DNA of 64,000 nucleotides from Blastocladiella emersonii ATCC 22665 (Eukaryota; Fungi; Blastocladiomycota), in contig JANHCV010000015.1 in the NCBI GenBank assembly GCA_025594325.1, positions 992,001 to 1,056,000 of the forward strand. Direction: 5' to 3'. A program made the translations under genes and the position numbers. The notes under the pieces are model-generated. The model was not told where the DNA came from and ran no database searches. It worked only from the letters and a program-made list of their open reading frames with translations. Shown here one piece after another: positions 1 through 8,346 of this stretch. How positions within the stretch are numbered: the first letter of the stretch is position 1; every line of letters starts with the position of its first letter.

Positions 1-115
1 GGCCCGCACGCCCACACGCACTCCCGCCAGGAGCATGTGGTGTGTGGGTCATCATCCACCATTCAGTTTGTAGTCCCTAGCACCCCTTGGCCCCAGCACT
101 GTCTCCTTCCTGCAG

Positions 116-196
116 GAGGAGCCCTGCCGCCTCAGCCCTCCGCAGCCAGCCCTCTGCAGCCCAGTGAAGCAGTACGGCTGCTACGCTGTTTGCAAG
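116..196 (+). other. Candidate 81-nt internal exon (one per unit)
   Basis: Preceded by pyrimidine tract CTGTCTCCTTCCTGCAG and followed by AAG|GTACGG. Phase-0 reading is EEPCRLSPPQPALCSPVKQYGCYAVCK. No transcript evidence. Confidence 0.3.
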
Positions 197-728
197 GTAC
201 GGTGGCCAGGGCGACGCAGGTGCTGTGGTGTTGCTTGCCACTTGGCTGGCGACAGGGGCTGGCGCACCCATTGCAAGGCGTTCTGACGGACCCCGCGGCC
301 ATGAAAGCATGGGGGCAGCACTGGACACGAGTCTATCAATCAACGGCACTGGGAGGGCAGGCAGGCGCACCCGTTGGAGCGAGCCGACCTGGATGATAAA
401 TCATTGTTGAGTTGAGGACGCCTTGCATGCCTGCCGTTCATGCGAGCGTGTGTGACACCAGGGTGGCCGTTTGCGCCGTGTGCGCACGGCGTGGAGCGCC
501 AGGCGCTGTGCGCTGTGCGCGCTGCACGGTGCGTGGTGTACATCCGTCAGCGGGTGAGTGGTTTCACGCGCATAGACAGAGGAGCTGCTCGGAACCCTCG
601 TTGGCCCATCATCATGCAGGGCTTGGAGTGGACAGCAGAGCTGGCAGCCTGGAGGAGACCAGTCGTATATTGACAAACCGAACCCCTCTCAGACTACATA
701 CGAGATAGATAATATCTACTGGGTGGGC

Positions 729-781
729 GCTGTCAGTCAGGCTGTCAGTGTGGCAGGCTGCCAGGCTGCCAGGCTGCCAGG
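729..781. repeat. Short simple repeats GCTGTCAGT x2 and (CAGGCTGC)x3, related to the downstream octamer
   Basis: Read directly at 729-749 and 754-781. Confidence 0.85.
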
Positions 782-870
782 GCTCATCATTCATTCCTTT
801 GTTGGCTGGGACGGCAACCAGAGAGCGCGGGCCCACAAAGACTTGCGAGGCGGTGTGGGTGTTCGGATAG

Positions 871-942
871 CAGGTAGGCAAGTTGGCAGGTTGCCAGGTT
901 GGCAGGTTGGCAGGTTGGCAGGTTGGCAGGCTGGCAGGTTGG
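871..942. repeat. (CAGGTTGG)n octamer VNTR: 9 copies in long units, 6 in short units
   Basis: CAGGTAGG CAAGTTGG CAGGTTGC CAGGTTGGx4 CAGGCTGG CAGGTTGG in unit 1; three fewer copies at 3661-3708. Confidence 0.97.
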
Positions 943-1026
943 CCGTTTACTTAGTTGATTGGACCGTGTACTTTGACGACGGGCTCCATACTTAGGGGAT
1001 CGAAGAGTTGGCTAGTGGAGTGTGCA

Positions 1027-1058
1027 CAAAGCGGTAGATTTGAATATCTGGCGCTTTG
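1027..1058. other. Stem-loop at the GC-rich / monomer-array boundary
   Basis: CAAAGCG-G-TAGAT-TTGAAT-ATCTG-G-CGCTTTG: 7 bp + G/G mismatch + 5 bp including one G.U. Confidence 0.55.
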
Positions 1059-1092
1059 GTTCCTTGCCCACCTGGACGTGAGGGTATACGAA

Positions 1093-2170
1093 GATTTGAT
1101 TGAGTATAGTTATGTTTGAGTACCATGACAATTATCAGCGTGGCGGGATTGATACATCCCGCTTGTCGGAAATTTTGTTGGTTCAATACTGTGATTTATC
1201 GGCCCTTGCCCACCTGGACATGGGGCACTCGAAGATTTGAGTATGGTTTCGTTTGAGTGCCATGACAATTATCTGCGTGGCTGGTTTACGACATTTCTTT
1301 GGTCAGATATTGTGTTGCTGTGATACTGTGATTTATGGGTCCCTGGCTAGCTGGACAAGCGGGAAGTGAAAGATTTGAATATGGTTTTGTTTGAGTATCA
1401 AGACCATTACCTGCGTGGTCGGTTATGTAGACTCCTATGGTCAGATATTTTGTTGGTTTGATACTGTGATTTATGGGTCTCCAACCTGCTGGACATCTGG
1501 GAAGTCATAGATTTGAGTATGGTTTTGTTTGAGTACCATGACAATTATCTCCGCAGCTTGTTTACTATGTTTCCATGGTCAGTTTTATTGTTGCTTTGAA
1601 TTTACGATTTATGGGTCCTGAACAAGCTGGACATGTGAATAGTCAAAGACTTGACTATGGTTTTGTTTGAGTGCCATGACAATTACCTACGTGGCTTGTA
1701 TACTCTATTTCCATGGTCAGATATTTGTTGGTTCGATATTACGATTTATGGGTCCTCAACCAGCTTGACATGCGGGAAAGCAAAGATTAGAATATGGTTT
1801 TGATTAAGTACCATGACAATCATCTGCGTGGCTGGTTTACTATATTTCCATGGTCAGATATTTTGTTGGTTCGATACTGTGATGTATGGGTCCCTGGCCA
1901 GCTGGACACACGGTAAAGCAAAGACTTGAAGATGGTTTTGTTTGAGTACCATAACAATCATGTACGAGGTTGGTTTACTATCTTTCTGTTGTCAAATATT
2001 TAGTTGCCGTGATACTGTGATTTATGGGTCCCTGGCTAGCAGGACAAGCGGGTAGTCAAAGATTTGAATATGGTTTTGTTCGACTACCATGACAATTGTC
2101 TCCGTGGCTGGTTTGGTACGTCCCTATCATTGGTAAATTCATTGCGTGCATATTGTGATTCGTGGAGGGT
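1093..2170 (+). pseudogene. Possible decayed 46-aa-repeat (LRR-like) coding sequence underlying the 138-bp monomers
   Basis: Consensus frame DLNMVLFEYHDNYLRGWFTIFPWSDILLVRYCDLWV(L/P)(N/G)QLDMRESK; about 10 stops and 3 frame-breaking indels across the copies. Confidence 0.2.
1143..1162. other. Perfect 7-bp hairpin in monomer 1
   Basis: GCGGGAT-TGATAC-ATCCCGC. Confidence 0.55.
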
Positions 2171-2419
2171 CAATGTTGCTGCTACCTTGCCCGCATGCGC
2201 GCTGCGTCCGCCGACCCACCTAGGCCAGACAGGAAGGAAAGGGGACCCCAAGAGCCCCACGACACCACTGTAGCTCCACTACCACCACAGCACCCACCAA
2301 CACCACCTACAAACAAACACGACCCGCCAAGGCGCACGCAGCGACACCCGCAGCCATGCATGCCATGGCGTTGGTGGATGGTGGCCAACCAATCCTCATC
2401 ACACACGACACGTATGAAG

Positions 2420-2494
2420 GTCTGCCTGCATCCACCCATCCATTCATTCAACACACGCTCCCTCACGCACCCTTTCACTTGTGTTGCTTGACAG
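2420..2494 (+). other. Candidate 75-nt intron
   Basis: AAG|GTCTGC ... C/A-rich body ... CTTGTGTTGCTTGACAG; non-consensus donor, motif-only support. Confidence 0.2.
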
Positions 2495-2672
2495 CCAGCT
2501 AGCCAGGTCCGGCTGCTGCTACCTATCCATTCTGCCTGCCTCCCACGCCCGCCGCGTCCTGAGCCAGGCAGGGCTGTGCTGCGATACACGGCCGCGGCCA
2601 GTCCACGGTAATGGTACCCATGCAGTACGTTCCATGGCCGCCCGGCCACCCTAGCTTGGTGCTTGTGTGTCC

Positions 2673-2746
2673 CCTTGGTCACCTTGGTCACCTTGGTCAC
2701 CTTGGTCACCTTGGTCACTTGGTCACTTGGTCTCTTGGTCTCTTGG
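2673..2746. repeat. (CCTTGGTCA)x5 followed by three 8-mer variants CTTGGTC(A/T)
   Basis: Read directly; source of the spurious GHL/SPW/TKV peptide repeats in the ORF track. Confidence 0.95.
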
Positions 2747-2790
2747 CGCTTGTGATGGAGGTCTATCTAACCCAGGCACGCACGGACACA

Positions 2791-5556
2791 GGCCCGCACG
2801 CCCACACGCACTCCCGCCAGGAGCATGTGGTGTGTGGGTCATCATCCACCATTCAGTTTGTAGTCCCTAGCACCCCTTGGCCCCAGCACTGTCTCCTTCC
2901 TGCAGGAGGAGCCCTGCCGCCTCAGCCCTCCGCAGCCAGCCCTCTGCAGCCCAGTGAAGCAGTACGGCTGCTACGCTGTTTGCAAGGTACGGTGGCCAGG
3001 GCGACGCAGGTGCTGTGGTGTTGCTTGCCACTTGGCTGGCGACAGGGGCTGGCGCACCCATTGCAAGGCGTTCTGACGGACCCCGCGGCCATGAAAGCAT
3101 GGGGGCAGCACTGGACACGAGTCTATCAATCAACGGCACTGGGAGGGCAGGCAGGCGCACCCGTTGGAGCGAGCCGACCTGGATGATAAATCATTGTTGA
3201 GTTGAGGACGCCTTGCATGCCTGCCGTTCATGCGAGCGTGTGTGACACCAGGGTGGCCGTTTGCGCCGTGTGCGCACGGCGTGGAGCGCCAGGCGCTGTG
3301 CGCTGTGCGCGCTGCACGGTGCGTGGTGTACATCCGTCAGCGGGTGAGTGGTTTCACGCGGATAGACAGAGGAGCTGCTCGGAACCCTCGTTGGCCCATC
3401 ATCATGCAGGGCTTGGAGTGGACAGCAGAGCTGGCAGCCTGGAGGAGACCAGTCGTATATTGACAAACCGAACCCCTCTCAGACTACATACGAGATAGAT
3501 AATATCTACTGGGTGGGCGCTGTCAGTCAGGCTGTCAGTGTGGCAGGCTGCCAGGCTGCCAGGCTGCCAGGGCTCATCATTCATTCCTTTGTTGGCTGGG
3601 ACGGCAACCAGAGAGCGCGGGCCCACAAAGACTTGCGAGGCGGTGTGGGTGTTCGGATAGCAGGTAGGCAAGTTGGCAGGTTGGCAGGTTGGCAGGCTGG
3701 CAGGTTGGCCGTTTACTTAGTTGATTGGACCGTGTACTTTGACGACGGGCTCCATACTTAGGGGATCGAAGAGTTGGCTAGTGGAGTGTGCACAAAGCGG
3801 TAGATTTGAATATCTGGCGCTTTGGTTCCTTGCCCACCTGGACGTGAGGGTATACGAAGATTTGATTGAGTATAGTTATGTTTGAGTACCATGACAATTA
3901 TCAGCGTGGCGGGATTGATACATCCCGCTTGTCGGAAATTTTGTTGGTTCAATACTGTGATTTATCGGCCCTTGCCCACCTGGACATGGGGCACTCGAAG
4001 ATTTGAGTATGGTTTCGTTTGAGTGCCATGACAATTATCTGCGTGGCTGGTTTACGACATTTCTTTGGTCAGATATTGTGTTGCTGTGATACTGTGATTT
4101 ATGGGTCCCTGGCTAGCTGGACAAGCGGGAAGTGAAAGATTTGAATATGGTTTTGTTTGAGTATCAAGACCATTACCTGCGTGGTCGGTTATGTAGACTC
4201 CTATGGTCAGATATTTTGTTGGTTTGATACTGTGATTTATGGGTCTCCAACCTGCTGGACATCTGGGAAGTCATAGATTTGAGTATGGTTTTGTTTGAGT
4301 ACCATGACAATTATCTCCGCAGCTTGTTTACTATGTTTCCATGGTCAGTTTTATTGTTGCTTTGAATTTACGATTTATGGGTCCTGAACAAGCTGGACAT
4401 GTGAATAGTCAAAGACTTGACTATGGTTTTGTTTGAGTGCCATGACAATTACCTACGTGGCTTGTATACTCTATTTCCATGGTCAGATATTTGTTGGTTC
4501 GATATTACGATTTATGGGTCCTCAACCAGCTTGACATGCGGGAAAGCAAAGATTAGAATATGGTTTTGATTAAGTACCATGACAATCATCTGCGTGGCTG
4601 GTTTACTATATTTCCATGGTCAGATATTTTGTTGGTTCGATACTGTGATGTATGGGTCCCTGGCCAGCTGGACACACGGTAAAGCAAAGACTTGAAGATG
4701 GTTTTGTTTGAGTACCATAACAATCATGTACGAGGTTGGTTTACTATCTTTCTGTTGTCAAATATTTAGTTGCCGTGATACTGTGATTTATGGGTCCCTG
4801 GCTAGCAGGACAAGCGGGTAGTCAAAGATTTGAATATGGTTTTGTTCGACTACCATGACAATTGTCTCCGTGGCTGGTTTGGTACGTCCCTATCATTGGT
4901 AAATTCATTGCGTGCATATTGTGATTCGTGGAGGGTCAATGTTGCTGCTACCTTGCCCGCATGCGCGCTGCGTCCGCCGACCCACCTAGGCCAGACAGGA
5001 AGGAAAGGGGACCCCAAGAGCCCCACGACACCACTGTAGCTCCACTACCACCACAGCACCCACCAACACCACCTACAAACAAACACGACCCGCCAAGGCG
5101 CACGCAGCGACACCCGCAGCCATGCATGCCATGGCGTTGGTGGATGGTGGCCAACCAATCCTCATCACACACGACACGTATGAAGGTCTGCCTGCATCCA
5201 CCCATCCATTCATTCAACACACGCTCCCTCACGCACCCTTTCACTTGTGTTGCTTGACAGCCAGCTAGCCAGGTCCGGCTGCTGCTACCTATCCATTCTG
5301 CCTGCCTCCCACGCCCGCCGCGTCCTGAGCCAGGCAGGGCTGTGCTGCGATACACGGCCGCGGCCAGTCCACGGTAATGGTACCCATGCAGTACGTTCCA
5401 TGGCCGCCCGGCCACCCTAGCTTGGTGCTTGTGTGTCCCCTTGGTCACCTTGGTCACCTTGGTCACCTTGGTCACCTTGGTCACTTGGTCACTTGGTCTC
5501 TTGGTCTCTTGGCGCTTGTGATGGAGGTCTATCTAACCCAGGCACGCACGGACACA
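2791..5556. repeat. Unit 2, short (S: 6 octamers)
   Basis: 2766-bp spacing; CACGCGGATA. Confidence 0.95.
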
Positions 5557-8346
5557 GGCCCGCACGCCCACACGCACTCCCGCCAGGAGCATGTGGTGTG
5601 TGGGTCATCATCCACCATTCAGTTTGTAGTCCCTAGCACCCCTTGGCCCCAGCACTGTCTCCTTCCTGCAGGAGGAGCCCTGCCGCCTCAGCCCTCCGCA
5701 GCCAGCCCTCTGCAGCCCAGTGAAGCAGTACGGCTGCTACGCTGTTTGCAAGGTACGGTGGCCAGGGCGACGCAGGTGCTGTGGTGTTGCTTGCCACTTG
5801 GCTGGCGACAGGGGCTGGCGCACCCATTGCAAGGCGTTCTGACGGACCCCGCGGCCATGAAAGCATGGGGGCAGCACTGGACACGAGTCTATCAATCAAC
5901 GGCACTGGGAGGGCAGGCAGGCGCACCCGTTGGAGCGAGCCGACCTGGATGATAAATCATTGTTGAGTTGAGGACGCCTTGCATGCCTGCCGTTCATGCG
6001 AGCGTGTGTGACACCAGGGTGGCCGTTTGCGCCGTGTGCGCACGGCGTGGAGCGCCAGGCGCTGTGCGCTGTGCGCGCTGCACGGTGCGTGGTGTACATC
6101 CGTCAGCGGGTGAGTGGTTTCACGCGCATAGACAGAGGAGCTGCTCGGAACCCTCGTTGGCCCATCATCATGCAGGGCTTGGAGTGGACAGCAGAGCTGG
6201 CAGCCTGGAGGAGACCAGTCGTATATTGACAAACCGAACCCCTCTCAGACTACATACGAGATAGATAATATCTACTGGGTGGGCGCTGTCAGTCAGGCTG
6301 TCAGTGTGGCAGGCTGCCAGGCTGCCAGGCTGCCAGGGCTCATCATTCATTCCTTTGTTGGCTGGGACGGCAACCAGAGAGCGCGGGCCCACAAAGACTT
6401 GCGAGGCGGTGTGGGTGTTCGGATAGCAGGTAGGCAAGTTGGCAGGTTGCCAGGTTGGCAGGTTGGCAGGTTGGCAGGTTGGCAGGCTGGCAGGTTGGCC
6501 GTTTACTTAGTTGATTGGACCGTGTACTTTGACGACGGGCTCCATACTTAGGGGATCGAAGAGTTGGCTAGTGGAGTGTGCACAAAGCGGTAGATTTGAA
6601 TATCTGGCGCTTTGGTTCCTTGCCCACCTGGACGTGAGGGTATACGAAGATTTGATTGAGTATAGTTATGTTTGAGTACCATGACAATTATCAGCGTGGC
6701 GGGATTGATACATCCCGCTTGTCGGAAATTTTGTTGGTTCAATACTGTGATTTATCGGCCCTTGCCCACCTGGACATGGGGCACTCGAAGATTTGAGTAT
6801 GGTTTCGTTTGAGTGCCATGACAATTATCTGCGTGGCTGGTTTACGACATTTCTTTGGTCAGATATTGTGTTGCTGTGATACTGTGATTTATGGGTCCCT
6901 GGCTAGCTGGACAAGCGGGAAGTGAAAGATTTGAATATGGTTTTGTTTGAGTATCAAGACCATTACCTGCGTGGTCGGTTATGTAGACTCCTATGGTCAG
7001 ATATTTTGTTGGTTTGATACTGTGATTTATGGGTCTCCAACCTGCTGGACATCTGGGAAGTCATAGATTTGAGTATGGTTTTGTTTGAGTACCATGACAA
7101 TTATCTCCGCAGCTTGTTTACTATGTTTCCATGGTCAGTTTTATTGTTGCTTTGAATTTACGATTTATGGGTCCTGAACAAGCTGGACATGTGAATAGTC
7201 AAAGACTTGACTATGGTTTTGTTTGAGTGCCATGACAATTACCTACGTGGCTTGTATACTCTATTTCCATGGTCAGATATTTGTTGGTTCGATATTACGA
7301 TTTATGGGTCCTCAACCAGCTTGACATGCGGGAAAGCAAAGATTAGAATATGGTTTTGATTAAGTACCATGACAATCATCTGCGTGGCTGGTTTACTATA
7401 TTTCCATGGTCAGATATTTTGTTGGTTCGATACTGTGATGTATGGGTCCCTGGCCAGCTGGACACACGGTAAAGCAAAGACTTGAAGATGGTTTTGTTTG
7501 AGTACCATAACAATCATGTACGAGGTTGGTTTACTATCTTTCTGTTGTCAAATATTTAGTTGCCGTGATACTGTGATTTATGGGTCCCTGGCTAGCAGGA
7601 CAAGCGGGTAGTCAAAGATTTGAATATGGTTTTGTTCGACTACCATGACAATTGTCTCCGTGGCTGGTTTGGTACGTCCCTATCATTGGTAAATTCATTG
7701 CGTGCATATTGTGATTCGTGGAGGGTCAATGTTGCTGCTACCTTGCCCGCATGCGCGCTGCGTCCGCCGACCCACCTAGGCCAGACAGGAAGGAAAGGGG
7801 ACCCCAAGAGCCCCACGACACCACTGTAGCTCCACTACCACCACAGCACCCACCAACACCACCTACAAACAAACACGACCCGCCAAGGCGCACGCAGCGA
7901 CACCCGCAGCCATGCATGCCATGGCGTTGGTGGATGGTGGCCAACCAATCCTCATCACACACGACACGTATGAAGGTCTGCCTGCATCCACCCATCCATT
8001 CATTCAACACACGCTCCCTCACGCACCCTTTCACTTGTGTTGCTTGACAGCCAGCTAGCCAGGTCCGGCTGCTGCTACCTATCCATTCTGCCTGCCTCCC
8101 ACGCCCGCCGCGTCCTGAGCCAGGCAGGGCTGTGCTGCGATACACGGCCGCGGCCAGTCCACGGTAATGGTACCCATGCAGTACGTTCCATGGCCGCCCG
8201 GCCACCCTAGCTTGGTGCTTGTGTGTCCCCTTGGTCACCTTGGTCACCTTGGTCACCTTGGTCACCTTGGTCACTTGGTCACTTGGTCTCTTGGTCTCTT
8301 GGCGCTTGTGATGGAGGTCTATCTAACCCAGGCACGCACGGACACA
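5557..8346. repeat. Unit 3, long, haplotype A
   Basis: C6127, C6450. Confidence 0.95.

Larger units (their letters stand above)
1055..2170. repeat. Internal array of 8 diverged ~138-bp monomers plus a 5' partial monomer (present in every unit; shift -24 in short units)
   Basis: Monomer starts at 1093, 1234, 1372, 1510, 1648, 1785, 1923, 2061. Hand-built consensus: GATTTGAATATGGTTTTGTTTGAGTACCATGACAATTATCTGCGTGGCTGGTTTACTATATTTCCATGGTCAGATATTTTGTTGGTTCGATACTGTGATTTATGGGTCCCTGGCCAGCTGGACATGCGGGAAAGCAAA. Confidence 0.95.
1..2790. repeat. Unit 1, long, haplotype A (C571, C894, 9 octamers)
   Basis: CACGCGCATA at 565-574; TTGCCAGG in VNTR. Confidence 0.95.

Noticed and set aside
283-307. Hammerhead-like CTGACGGA...GAAA
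   Set aside because: The core should be CTGANGA, and the intervening sequence forms no stem II.
670-700. Bacterial -35 TTGACA; also a Fur-box-like ATGATAAATCAT near 393-404
   Set aside because: No adequate -10 at 16-18 bp spacing, no downstream gene, and the context looks eukaryotic.
992-997. Telomere-like TTAGGG
   Set aside because: Single occurrence per unit; chance level.
1170-1177. Sm-site-like AAATTTTG after the monomer-1 hairpin (SL RNA/snRNA idea)
   Set aside because: Not followed by a purine, no splice donor at SL-like distance upstream, and T-tracts are common in this block.
1869-1877. Pol III B-box-like GTTCGATAC in monomer 6 (GTTCGATAT in monomer 5)
   Set aside because: No convincing A-box or cloverleaf, and the motif is lost in most monomers.
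1055-2170. CRISPR-like repeat/spacer array
   Set aside because: Monomers are homologous along their full 138 bp, with no invariant repeat alternating with unique spacers, and no cas genes.
1093-2170. Minus-strand reading of monomers under a TAA/TAG=Gln code (..SQYRTNKISD..LSWYSNK..)
   Set aside because: TGA stops and frameshifts remain, and the hydrophobic LRR positions are not matched.
1-2790. Concatemer of a ~2.8-kb circular ssDNA (geminivirus/CRESS) genome or an RCA artefact
   Set aside because: No Rep or capsid ORF. The nearest nonanucleotide-like string CGATATTAC (about 1734-1742) is not in a stem-loop. Shared, interleaved haplotypes do not fit copying of one circle.
1-2790. 5S rRNA, tRNA, U1-U6 snRNA or known spliced-leader gene as the repeated cargo
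   Set aside because: I found none of the diagnostic conserved strings on either strand by eye. An Rfam cmscan would be the decisive test.
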